Below are positions 24,601 to 36,960 of a stretch of DNA of 64,000 bases, piece after piece. The DNA is from Octopus sinensis. Lineage: Eukaryota. The notes under the pieces are model-generated. The model worked only from the letters and a program-made list of their open reading frames with translations. It was not told where the DNA came from and did not search any database. Within the stretch, counting starts at the first letter, position 1, and every line of letters starts with the position of its first letter. The position numbers and the translations under genes are program-made. The stretch spans positions 10,105,360 through 10,169,359 of the forward strand of contig NC_043019.1 in assembly GCF_006345805.1 (NCBI RefSeq). The letters are read 5' to 3'.

Positions 24601-24989
24601 ATTTCATATAAAATACTTTCTATGAGCTGGAATTTTTTTTAGTGGAGTCAATTTTGAGTCAACACCTTATTCTTAAGTTCATCCCTCCGCCCATTCTGTA
24701 TTCTTTATTCGTTTTCAAAATGTTTACATTATTAAACCGAACTTAATTAAATGATAATGATATTTACATAGATATTTTAACTTTTTTTCTCTTGTATATA
24801 TATTTTGTATTTCATATAAAATATTTTCTATGAGCTGGAAGTTTTTTTAATGGAGTCAACACCTTATTCTTATATTCCTCCTATTCTGTATTCTTTGTTC
24901 GTTTTCAAAATGTTTAAATTATTAAACCGAACTTAATTAATGGTAATGATATTTACATAAATACTTTTATAATTTTTTTTCTCTTGTAT
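24601..24989. repeat. Diverged ~200-bp tandem duplication upstream of ELAC2
   Basis: Copies start atttcatataaaata at 24601 and 24809. Confidence 0.85.
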
Positions 24990-26049
24990 TCTCCATTTCG
25001 TCCATTTTTCTAATTTACTATTTTTCTAACTTATGTCAGTAAAATTTTGCAATGAATTCTTTTACAATTTCAGTTTCTTAAAGAAATGACTTCCTAGCAA
25101 AGTAAATAAAACACAAAGTAAATCATTTTTTTAAAACAAAGTAAATAAAACACAAAAACACAAAGTAAAAAAAATTTTTAAACAAAGTAAATAAAACAAA
25201 AACACATAGTAAGGATCGAGTAGTCACGACTAGCTAGCGCGAGTGCACGCACTGTGACCACTTTTCTTAAGTAGTACCGGAATAGCAGATCGCCGAGAGG
25301 TTGTTGAGAATATTTTATGTTGAGTTTTTAGATTTAGTGAAGTTTTGTTAATTTCATAGGCGTTATTTTTCCATGAACTTTCATTTGACTTAAATGTTTA
25401 TAATCTTTGTTACATTTCTGATCTTTCTGATATCTAAGGATGGATATTGGTGTGCATGAGTCGTTTTTCAAATGTAGTTCTAGAGAATTGAAGAGATAAA
25501 TTTAGCTTATTTTGTCCTATTCATTTTGTCCCACCTAAATTTGTCTTTAGTATGATCAATGGGAACAGGAAATTCCTTATTATATCCTACATATACTGCT
25601 AAAAAAACAACAAGAAAAACTTTTTTGAAACATCAAGGCTATGAATTAATGATTTGAAGTAAATAAAGATATTCAGTCCACATAAATAATCTACACCTGG
25701 AATCTTATGAGAAAAGATGGGATGACAAGAAGGCACATCCATTTCACCATAGCAATGAGATCCAGGTGAGGCTGAAGTGAGTAGTGGTATGCAGTTTAAA
25801 TGATAAATGGAATGTGGCCACCAGGGGGATAAACAGTAAATTTGATGGATGAGAAAAGTAGCGGTTCGGCAAAAGAGACCGATAGAATAAGTACTGGGCT
25901 TACAAAGAATAAGTCCCGGGGTCGATTTGCTCGACTAAAGGCGATGCTCCAGCATGGCCGCAATCAAATGACTGAAACAAGTAAAAGAGTATATGTTTTC
26001 AATTCAACATCTGTTTATTGTTTAAAACTTGTTGTTTTGGACACAATGA

Positions 26050-27650
26050 TTAAAAAAAATAATAATAATTGACAGATTAATGTTCTGAACAAGCTGCTGA
26101 GAAGAAGGGAGTTTGGGAATAGGATTAGCAACTGCTAATCAACAGAGTTGTAATGTCAGGGGTACTGTGACATAGGAGGAACCTAATTTCAATGTGGGTG
26201 TACTATAAGAAATCTTTTGACTCTGTCCCTCAATTGTGGATGTTAGAAGCTTTTCAAATTGTTAATGTTCCACAGAGTATACCATAGATGACCTAACCTC
26301 ATCCTGGACTACCATCTTAAAGCTGATGAGATCCATAGCATTGATATAAAACCAAAAACATATTAACCAGCACAAATAATCTTCACACCTATAGTGACAT
26401 GGACCACCTCTACCTAAAATGAAAACAAGAAAGCAGAGGTCTAACTTCAGTTCATATCTCTTCGGCAATATCTTTTAACCACCAAGCATTGAAGTGTATC
26501 CTTAGATCAAGTCTACATACAAGGCAGGTAACATCATGAGACTTGGAAAGCAGCTTCTTGAAAAGTATTTCTTGTCTGATGACCTTGAATGTATGCCAAA
26601 GAAATTGCACAGCTTTACTGCAACATATCAGACAGAAGGATGAGTGCACATCAGCAGAAGGCTATGTATGGATACGTCAATAGAAATGACAGCAACAGTG
26701 ATAATGAAAACAGTCCATTGTGGACCAACAACCAGATCCCTAAGTCTCACTTTGAAGAGTTTTCATTTGCAATCTAGGAGCAAGAAATAACAATCAAATT
26801 CTTGGTGTACAAAAGGAACATAGACACAGAGAAAACATTGAAATACGATAGCCATTAGAGACTTTGTGAAGTTAACAGTGAAGACAACATCAACATTACA
26901 AGCTGTTGTCTGAAAATGCCATTGCATTATTATCTACCAATGAGACTTGATGATGTGACCAGGACACTGTACAATGAGATCTGTTGGAAGATAAACCTGA
27001 GACCAGAGAGATACAAACCCACAGTACAGTAAACACCATTACTACTCATAATGTAAAAGAGTATTGGTGAGGGGGAATGATTCTGTCAAAGCCTCACTAA
27101 ATACAAACATAATAGAAGAGATGTAGTGATTTGGGAGAGAAAAAAGAAACTATAAAGAGCAGCAGAAATCATTTGCCCGACTTGTGTCAATATGAAGCTA
27201 AAGATCAGCAAATCAGAGAACAACTGTGCTGAGCTACCGAGAGATTTATAGGGACTCCACCCAGATTACTAGTTCAGATTTATACTTGTAATTACTGGGG
27301 CACTGGGACATGTAACAAACTATCTCAACACCAACTTTGAAAAATTAGCATTCTCAAATTCAGAAAGGAGAAAGCTAATTAGAAAACTACATATACAAGT
27401 CATCAATGGAACTGTCAAAATATTTAAAACTTACCAGAAGTTTAGCATGTAAGTTCATATGCACAGGTTTATATATACGACTATATGCATAAGTATACAT
27501 ACATAAAACAAAACATATAAATCTGCACATGCACTAACCACAAATAATTGCACATATACACACCTACATGAACAGCTACCCTGTTGGTGCATTTGAAATT
27601 TCAATGAAGGAATCATGGATTTAGGTTAGAAACTGACTCTTTCTCCATAT
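26050..27650 (+). mobile_element. R4/Dong-like RLE-type LINE relic, internally deleted
   Basis: RT motif W.DYKK.FDSVP, thumb region, and RLE-like KHNR.DVVIW.../VITGALG fragments; 3' UTR shared with 33095-33490. Confidence 0.75.
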
Positions 27651-27729
27651 GCAAGAAATCTAGAAATAAAATTAAATAATAACAGATACACACACAACAC
27701 ACATACAAATTCTCTGAGGGCACAGATGT

Positions 27730-28500
27730 TCCAAGGTGGTTGAACTGGCTTATTCTAACAGACATGGAAAAGAAATACTCATCATACCTGCAGAAAGTTA
27801 TGCATGGGTACACATGTCACAGATTGGAGAATGCCAGAAACATTGAGAGGAATTGTAGCCTCTCCTTGACATGCAATAACTACATCACAATGCATCTCGA
27901 AGTCTATGTCTTTGCTATCCAAAAACAGGAGACAGTTACTGATCAAGAAGAGAGATGTCCCTAAGCATCAATGTTGTGATTGAAAGCAAAATTATATGAT
28001 TCCAGTTTGGAAGATATCACTCTTGCCATCAGTGGCTGCTCAAAAATATCTACAAGACATTACCTCCGCATGGGACATAATGCTGCAGCCAAGAACCAGA
28101 GAATATGTACACATTTCAAGATAAAAACACAGTTGGAAAATTCCCATAAAAACAGCCATCCAGTGTCAGCACAACAGGAGAGCTTTGGGTTGTATGGGAC
28201 ACGGAGCAAAAATCATGCACCATTGTAGAGAACGGAGCACAACAGATGTGAACTTCTCTTCAAAAACTGGAGAATGGAGAACTCTCATATTCAGGCTACA
28301 GGTTTCCAGTTGTTATTATTATTGGTGCACTGGATTATGTAACAAATGACATACAAATAAAACTAGAAATGCTTGGGTTCTCCAAAAGAGAGCAAACTGA
28401 TTTGCATTTTCCAGATTCATTCCATCACAGAAATAGTAAAAATATGTAAAACATTCCAATGATTCTCCATTTGAGGCTCCTGGGTGAACATATGCACAAA
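27730..28500 (+). mobile_element. Second R4/Dong-like LINE relic (zinc-knuckle/RLE region)
   Basis: YVFAIQKQE and EDITLAISGCSK..RHYL motifs. Confidence 0.7.
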
Positions 28501-29099
28501 AACCACATATACACACAGACACAAAATCAGAAATGAAATATACACAATTGTATTCTGTTGAGTCATGCACACATATGAGTACAAGTTTACTCATATGTAC
28601 ATGAATGTGCACAATACATACATCAACCAGTTCATGTAACCACAAACCCCAAGAGCTGTCTCGATTTGAATAAGAGAGCATTGCCACTGTTAGTGACTGG
28701 CTTGAATTCTGCAAAAGAAACACCTTAAAATTATCTCAAAGACACATACATACACACACACACAAACTGTCATTCTGTGGGTTATGAGGACAAATGTTCC
28801 AGTTGATTCAGTCAATGGAACAACCTGCTCATTAGATTAACATGTGACTGAGCATTGCACGAGCACATGTACCCTTACCATAGTTTTCAAGGAGATTCAG
28901 TAAGACACAGAATGTGACAAGATTGGCCCTTTAAATTACAGGTACAACTCACTTTTGCCAGCTGAGTGTAGCTAAGTGAACTAAAGTGTCTTGTTCAAGG
29001 ACACACTGTGCTGCTAGAATTCAAACTTACGACCTTACAATCGTGATCCAAATATCCTAACCATTAAGCCATGCACCTTCACTCTCACACACACACACA

Positions 29100-29335
29100 C
29101 ACAAGAGGTGCATTCAATAAGCATCTGACTTTATTTTTCCCCACCAAAAGTTATGCTGTGTGGGCAAAACTGTTTGGGTGGGAGCTGATTCCACCCTTCC
29201 TGCAGATACGCAAAACTTTTCATGTGGGTAGGCCATGTCAGTTGCAGACTGTTACACGTAGGGTACAGACATGTAGTGCATGCTTGTCATGAAACAATCC
29301 AGGAAATTGCTGGCGATGTGGCATACGATCAGTGC
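29100..29335 (+). mobile_element. Mariner relic (5' TIR-like end and HTH fragment)
   Basis: aagaggtgcattcaataag resembles mariner TIRs; ETIQEIAGDV...SVHSILSE-like HTH fragment. Confidence 0.55.
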
Positions 29336-29339
29336 ATTC

Positions 29340-31960
29340 CATTTTAAGTGAAGAACACCCAAGATAAACTTGCCAAACGTATTCTAATGAAATTACTAAA
29401 TGGAAGTAAGCAAGATGGAAAACAAACCTTGAAGAGTTAACAATCTTTACTTCAATATTGGATGGTTAACCATCATAATAAAATGTAGGGAGAATAAGGA
29501 GTTCACATCTCACCAATTACATCTTATCCAGAAAACTCTATAGCAACTCTTCATATGAAGCTCTTCAGGGCAATGCTAATTACTTTAAAGAACTCAGGAT
29601 GATGAGAGAAAAAACTTTGCCATAGAAAGTTTAGACAGAAGACTTTATAACCTCTCCAGCAACTTTGTATAAGAGTAGCATTATGATGTAATTTCTTGGC
29701 ATGCTTTCTGACGATCCAGCCTCTCATTACACGTTGAATGAGTTGAGCTGCATGATCTCGCCTTTTCAGATACTGCTGGAGATAACACGCAATCGTCAAG
29801 ATGGCACTCTTCTTCTTTTCAAAAAGTCTTCTTGCATAAAAAGCACGGATATTTTGAGCAAAGCAAAGATCTTGAATCATTCTGGTTTGAGATCTGGAAT
29901 GAAAAGAGATGTTTTAATCTGAATGTATCATGGCTAAACTTAGGAAAGAATACTGAACCAACATTGACAATAAAACATACAGTTGATCCAGAAACTTTCC
30001 CCATTGCCGTGGGTGATTTACAAAATGAGAAGACACATGAAAGAGACTGACTTTCTACAGAAAGGCATTAAAGTGTTCATTCAAAAGAACCACGGAAGGC
30101 CAGATTGACATAGCAAATTGGCCTCCTATAGCAGAGATGAATCTTGTAGCCAAAAATGACAATTGAGCCAGCATAAAGCTATATGCCTAAGCATGATGTA
30201 CAAGCTTTACACAAGCGATTTCAATCAACTTGTCAAGGAGTGCAATAACAAGTGAAAGACATGTGGAAAGAAGGGTGAGCAGGGGTGTGTCAAACAGCTT
30301 TGGATAACAAAGATGTGCTGTCCAAAGTAAGAAAACACTACAGAAAACTTGTGACAGTGTGGCTTGGTTATAGGAAGGCATTTGACTCTATTGCTCACTT
30401 ATGGGCTGAAGTCTCTGCGCCTGACAGAAGTATCTACAACCTTACTTGGTGGCATTGAGTGGCTCACAAAGGCCTGAGCAACAATCCTCATACTCAGAGC
30501 CCCCCACCCCTTTTTTTTGCCATTGACTCCATTATTGTTTCTGCTCCAAGAATCCAATGATTACATGCTTGGGTCTGCAACTTCAAGATACCTATGTAAC
30601 CAGTACTTTCTTTGTTGACCTCCTGAAAATTTATACTAAATCGTTTACAATGCCCCAAAATGGGTGGAATTCATTAGTAATTTTCAGCAGACATTGGAGT
30701 AGAATTTTAGGGCTGAATGTGGACTGTCAGTCCACAACCCCAGAACCTGTGCATCCATGGCCTCTCTATTTCTCCTGTTCCACACATGCAATGTTACATA
30801 TACCTAGCATTGATGAAAACATATACAAAAATGCTATAAAGGAAGTTAGAGTGATCCAAGAATATTATATCAGACTTTAAAAAAAATATAGCAGTTAGAA
30901 CTCTCCTCTTACAATATTTCACAATGCCTTTTCAGCACCAGTACTGATACCAATATCTCAAATACTTGACTGATCTGTAGAAGAAATCTACTACACTGAC
31001 ATTAAAACTAACAAGGTCCTAACATCAACTGGAAACTTCCACAGAAACAGTGATATCAACAAGCTCTACCTAAGAAGAGATGAAAGAGATTGGGGTAGAA
31101 GCTTTCTCTTCCTAACAACCTCCTATACATCTCAAAGACAGCTAGACTAACATACTTCAATTATGACCTAAATGTGTACTGCTCAGTATAATAAAAACAA
31201 AAATTCCTGCATGGGTATGTTTCTCAAAGACTTGATGACACATGGACATGAACTGCATCCTCTCTTGAGATCATGACTGCTACATCACAATCACACTTCA
31301 AAATTCCTGATAAAGAAAAGAGACATTGAAACCTCTGGTGCCCCAAGATGCCATTGAAAATGCTGATTATGTCACATTCCTCTGGAAGATATTACGTGTG
31401 ATTAGCAGCTGCCCAAAAATGTTATCAAGGTACTATTGCTTAATGTAATACAATGCTGCCACTAAAACAATATAGAATGCCTTCTGAAAACAACAACAAA
31501 ATCTACCCTGAGATAAATACAAAGAATACTCCTGTTATTGAATACATGCGTAAGCATCTACACAAGCAATATTGGTGGAATATGCCAATCAAAACTTCTT
31601 CCAAGTACAAACATTACAGGCTGAATATCATTGTTTGGGATAGAGAATCAAAAGTATGTACCGTCGTTGAGGTCAGCTGCCCTCCTGATGTGAATATCTC
31701 TTTGAAAATCAAACAGAAAGAGGATAACTATAGACAACTGCTTTGAAACCTCCAGCTTCCCTCCCCAGATTATAATCCAATTTATACCAATAATAATTGG
31801 CACACTTGGTTTTGTGAGTAATAAACCTAAGTGGCAATTTGGATAAGCTAGGGGTTTCAGAAAGAAAGTAATTAACCAGTCAACTTGCATATTACGAATA
31901 CAGTTTGTCAATGGAAATATAAAAGCATCAAATTACGAACTTGTTTTTATTATCTACGTT
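29340..31960 (+). mobile_element. Third R4/Dong-like LINE relic, interrupted by the ASPM-like fragment
   Basis: LESFWFEIWNE, MYKLYTS, YRKAFDSI, and RLE YWWN...IIVWDRESKVCTVVEVSCPPDVNI motifs. Confidence 0.8.
29641..29856 (-). pseudogene. ASPM-like IQ-repeat gene fragment embedded in a LINE relic
   Basis: 72 open codons with IQ motifs (IQRVMRGWIVRK, IQSCWRGYKV); ungapped resemblance to the last IQ motifs of ASPM as recalled; both flanks read as LINE on the opposite strand. Confidence 0.7.
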
Positions 31961-32568
31961 TCAACAATAGAGTTTTGTATTTTTGATAGTAAACAACAAC
32001 TTCCTCACAGAAGAGAACATGCATGCATCTATGCACACAACTTACACACATACAAAGTTTTTATTTAGGTTGCAATGGTCTCTGTGCAGTTAGAGGGTCA
32101 TCAGGCAGCTATGGTCTTACATATTCTTCCAAGAGTCAACACTAAACTTCTAACTTTTGTTTCAATCATGTTGGATTGTGGCCTTATTGTGGCAGCACAG
32201 TGAGGAGTTTTAGATGGACAAATCAACTCCAGTATTTTTTTTTAAGCATGATACTTTCTCTATTGGTCTCTTTCAGCTGAACCACTAAGTTATGGTAACA
32301 TAAATGAACCAACACTGGTGGTCAATTTAAACATAGAATGGTGGTGGTGCTCCAGCATAGTCACAGCCTTTGGGCTGAAACATAAAGAAGAAATATGGGT
32401 AGGTAGGTAGGTATTTAATTAGAGGATATGTTAACCTCATGAGGGGATGGCTTCATCCAAGGAAATACTGGTTCAATATCTAGTATTTTTGGGGAATGAA
32501 TTTCTTTAACATAATAAGTATATATAAAGCATATAGTTTATAACCATTTAAAAGAAGAAAATGGAGAT

Positions 32569-32859
32569 TAGGAAGTTAGTAATTGTTTATTATTAACAAC
32601 AAATAAGTCATCTTCTCTTACAGCCATTTCAATTAATACTCAATAATTTAATTACAAATTTGTACATTAAATTTACATTTATGTGACATGAGTATAATTT
32701 CATCAGAGTAAAAAAGATGTACATTTGTGTTATATGTGGGCAGCCCACATAAATTTAATGTACAAATTTATAATTAAATTATTGAGTATTAATTGAAATG
32801 GCTGTAAGAAGCGAAGATGCCCAGTTTGTTGTTAATAATAAGCAATTGTTAACTTCCTA
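32569..32859. mobile_element. MITE-like foldback element with ~105-bp inverted arms
   Basis: taggaagtt...aacttccta termini; arms ~32569-32673 and ~32750-32859 are near reverse complements; TA at both ends. Confidence 0.75.
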
Positions 32860-33094
32860 ATCTCTATTTTCTTTTCTTTTAGATAGAAAGATAGATAGAT
32901 GACAGGCTCCTTTCCATTTCCATATACTAAGTCTACTCACAAGGCTTTGGTTGGCCTGAAGATATAGTAGAAGACACTTGCCTAAGATGCAACACAGTAG
33001 GACTGAACCTAGAATTATATATTTGGGAAACAAATTTCTTACCACATCCACACTTCTGTGTGTGTGTGTAAGTAAGCATGCGTGCATGTTATAA

Positions 33095-33490
33095 TTCAAT
33101 TTTATTTCAAGATTCTTTGCCCATAGAGAAAGAGCTGGTTTCTAACCTTGATCCAAGGCTTCTTCATTGAAATTTCAATACCAACAACAATATATGTATG
33201 TATGCGTACAGATTTGTATGTTTTGTTTTATGAATGTCTTCTCATAGACTTGCATATCTAGTCATGTTCATATATACTTAAATGATAAACGTCTGGAAAG
33301 TTTTACAGATTTTTACAGTTCCAGTGATGGTTTGGATCTGTAATCTTTGAATCAGCTTTCTCCTTTCTGGTTTTGAGAAGTCTAATTTCTCAAAATTGGT
33401 ATTTAGGCAGTGTGTTACATATTCCAGGGCCCCAATATTACATAAAATTGTAACCTGGAGAGAGTAACTGCAGATTTATCAATGTATGTA
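33095..33490 (-). mobile_element. 3' end of the same RLE LINE family
   Basis: Reverse complement of the 27300-27650 tail. Confidence 0.75.
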
Positions 33491-33593
33491 GGTATGAATG
33501 CCTGCATGCATGTCTACTTTTGTCATGTTATTTACAAATAAAAACAGTGGCCGAAATTTCGAAGTTTGTTAAGCCATATCTTGTAAAGTTACA

Positions 33594-33812
33594 GGCGGCG
33601 AGCTGGCAGAAACGTTAGCACGCCGGGTGAAATGCGTAGCTGTATTTCGTCTGTCGTTACGTTCTGGGTTCAAATTCCGCAGAGGTCGACTTTACCTTTC
33701 ATCCTTTCGGGGTCGATAAATTAAGTACCAGTTACGCACTGGGATCGATGTAATCGACTTATCCGTTTGTCTGTCCTCTCTGTGTTTAGCCCCTTGTGGG
33801 TAGTAATTAAAT
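33594..33812 (+). mobile_element. Young family-A SINE, long-tail variant, with TSD
   Basis: CpGs retained; atatcttgtaaag occurs on both sides (33576-33588 and 33815-33827). Confidence 0.9.
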
Positions 33813-34299
33813 ATATATCTTGTAAAGATTAATAGAGAGAGTAAATTTATATGTATTTAAAAATATAAACACTAGACGTTAGCATTGTTGAAAAGCCAAA
33901 GACAAGGAGCAAAGAAGACATGTGTCATTCGTTAACGAGTAATGTCAAATAGAGATATATTTCTTTATTAACCTATAAAAGGTTTACATAGAGGGGACAC
34001 GACAAGGACAGACAAGGGACATTCAGGGCCCCAACTCGCTTCTTCCATACAGAGTGAAAATGTCAAATAGAGAGAATGACAAACGGAAGTTGAAACGTGA
34101 GTTATCTTCCTTGAATCGACCACAAAATATCTTCGTATTTACACGGTTTCTCTACACGTAGAACACACAAGCAATATACATACATATATATATATACATA
34201 TATATACACCACCCGAGTCCTTTTTCAGTTGGTAAAACACGCAGACTGGTGGACACTCGGTGTTTGGTTCAATAACACTAGCAGCACCACCTCTCCTAT

Positions 34300-34330
<31 letters not shown>

Positions 34331-34415
34331 CACACACACATATATATACATACGCACTCTATTGCTGTTTTCTCTCCAGTAAACACCCCCTGTTCATATT
34401 TATAAACAGTTAAAC

Positions 34416-34451
34416 ATGTTCGGCAATTCGACCGTCGTTGTTTCTGCATAA
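34416..34451 (+). promoter_or_regulatory. 11-codon uORF overlapping the TMEM18 start (TAATG)
   Basis: ATG 34416, MFGNSTVVVSA, TAA at 34449-34451 shares its last A with the main ATG. Confidence 0.45.
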
Positions 34452-34504
34452 TGAACCCTGTTGAAGTGGACGAGATCACCGGACTCGGGTCCTACCTGAA
34501 GTCG
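34451..34504 (+). CDS. TMEM18: TMEM18 exon 1
   Basis: ATG...TCG|gtaaga, 54 nt, MNPVEVDEITGLGSYLKS; locally CpG-rich; phase 0 fits exon 2. Confidence 0.82.
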
Positions 34505-36559
34505 GTAAGATTCATGATTTTCTTATAATAAATTCATTTTGAACGAGTAAAATCGTTTTGGTTTAATTTGTGTTTGATTTGTGGAACTTCATCAATCCGC
34601 TTGTTTTTGAGAAACTGGTGGCGGATTTGGGGGACGAACCCTGCACCACACATTCACCTCTGAGCAAATGAAGGAAGCCTTTATGTGGTTGCTCGTTCTG
34701 CTGGAAATAGCTACAAAATTTCCTTCTTGTGTTTAAATAAAAATTAAGGACACATCAGATAATGTTGACCTGGATATACCACAATAAAAGCGGGATCGCG
34801 TCGTGTTTTGTTTTTTTTTAATCATCGTGGGCCACTTAACGAGAAGTGACCAGCAACATAATACGAACAAATTTGTTTCTTTTTCTTTATTTTTCTAATT
34901 AGTAATGAAAGTAATTTATAACAACTTCGTTGAATTTCTTGATCTATGAATATCTTTAGAATATCTCTCTCCCTTGTGTTCATGGAACAGAACACCATTA
35001 GTTAAATACTGTTAATTGTTGTATAAAAAAAAAAAGTTTGTTGGTTAAAATAGTGATTTTGTTCAGTCCCCAGGCAGCCTTGATTGAGCAAATAAAAAGT
35101 CAGAGAGATTGTCATGGGTGGAATGTCATTCTCTAAGCCAGACATTCCAACTGTGTGTGTTTGTGCACGCTTTTTCCCTTTTTTTTTTCTTTCTGAGCTT
35201 AATGTCCCCCTGAGTACATTCTGTTTTTTTATAGGGTGTAATTTTGAAGTAGATTTTACAGCTTTCATGTCGATCGTTCATGATGGGGTGCCTGCATTAC
35301 CTGAGCTTCTCTTCAGTTAAGTGTTGGACCTTGTCTGTGGTGCCTTTATCCTTTGTATATGTATTTACTCTACTTTTGCCAGCTGTACATCGTTTTTATT
35401 TGTTTTTACATTTATATAATTTTCCGTGTCTAAAATGTCCGTAGTACTTCGTCTGTATGATGTATATTGTCCATCGTGTGTTGTGATGTTTATTGTACTC
35501 ATGTCTGTGTGTAACATCTATTGTTGTCTGTTGTACTTCGTTTACATTAAGTACAAGGTACACAATGCACTCACTTTCTCCAATTTCTTTTCTTACGATT
35601 AATTACATGGGTAGTCTTCGAGAATAGAGGTCTAAATTTAATCATCGATTTGCTTTCTCAAAAGTTAGAGCAGCTTCCATGGTCAAGGGCATTTTATTTT
35701 TTATGTATGTATGCATGATTACATTAAGTAACTTGTCCTACTTTTTTGAAGCCGGTAAGATTTGACTTGTGGCTGCGATTTCTGGCAGGTCGAGCAACCA
35801 CATAAAACCTGCATCGTTGGCAGTTGTACATTATCCTTGCTAAACAGAATGAACGGGTTAAAATTAACAATGAGAATATATTTCGTTCTTGTCATATAAC
35901 ACACACGTATACACATTCTCATGTAAACCGTTTTAATTCATTTTATGACCTTGTATACTCCTAATTTCTATATATTCTAAACTTCACTAGTATTGGCTCA
36001 ACATTAAAGGGGATTAGAATAATTGGTGGTAAAGATGTTTCTTTATCGTACACAGCTTTCCCTCTTCACAATGGCATTAATGCTGTACAGCGCAATAGAC
36101 AGATTCACAAGTGAATGTTTATAACAACAGTAATTATCTGAATGGTTTCTATTTTGGCCTCAAAACCAGCATTTTTGAAGGGAGGGGATTAGCCTTTTAG
36201 ATCAACAATAGTACTCGACTGGTATTGTATTTTATTGACTCTGGAGGGATGAAGGGCCGAGTTTACCATGGCAGGATTTGAACTCAGAAATGAAATAACT
36301 AAAAGTAAAATCGCAAGGCATTTTTTACGATGTTTAACAATTCTGCTAATCCTTTGCCTTGAGATAATGATTTATTTGTCACAGTGACATGGATGAAGAA
36401 GATACTACAAAAAACAGGTTATATGCTTTGTAAGTAGTTTACTTAAAATAAGAGAAAAAATGGAATGAAATATGATGTTACAATCATCTGATGTAGAACC
36501 ACCTATAACTAAGCCCTATCAGGGAAATGACAGAGTTGAGATCTCCTTGACTATCAAGT

Positions 36560-36960
36560 GCAAATGCTCTCCTCCAGCTGTTGTCTCCAATTTCCAGGTG
36601 CATGCTTAGAATCGTTCCTATCCACTCCATTTTTACCACTGTCATCCACCTTTTGATGAATTCACTGCGTAAGCACTTCCCTCTTCACCCACACCCTTCA
36701 TTCCAAATGGAACTTTAAACAATCATTGACCAAATAGGAAAGGGTATTTCCTTAGTCCTTTCATCATAAGTTAGTTACCTACCATGCTCTAAGAAGGGTG
36801 GCAGTGTGATTTTGAATCTGTCTTGGAAGTGGCAATAGCTGTTCAATATGATCCCTTAAATCAGCAATGTTTGAGCACTGAACAAATGTCTGCAGAATGA
36901 TTTCTTGCTTTGTGCACATCTCAAACACTCCTGCTTGTAAAACTGGGCTTCTCAAACTTT
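36560..36960 (-). mobile_element. Tx1/L1-like LINE fragment
   Basis: QEIILQTFVQCSNIADL..IEQLL resembles the zinc-knuckle region at ~62700. Confidence 0.55.

Noticed and set aside
33594-33680. tRNA-like A/B boxes here and at 58152
   Set aside because: No complete cloverleaf; they continue into SINE bodies, so they are SINE heads, not tRNA genes.
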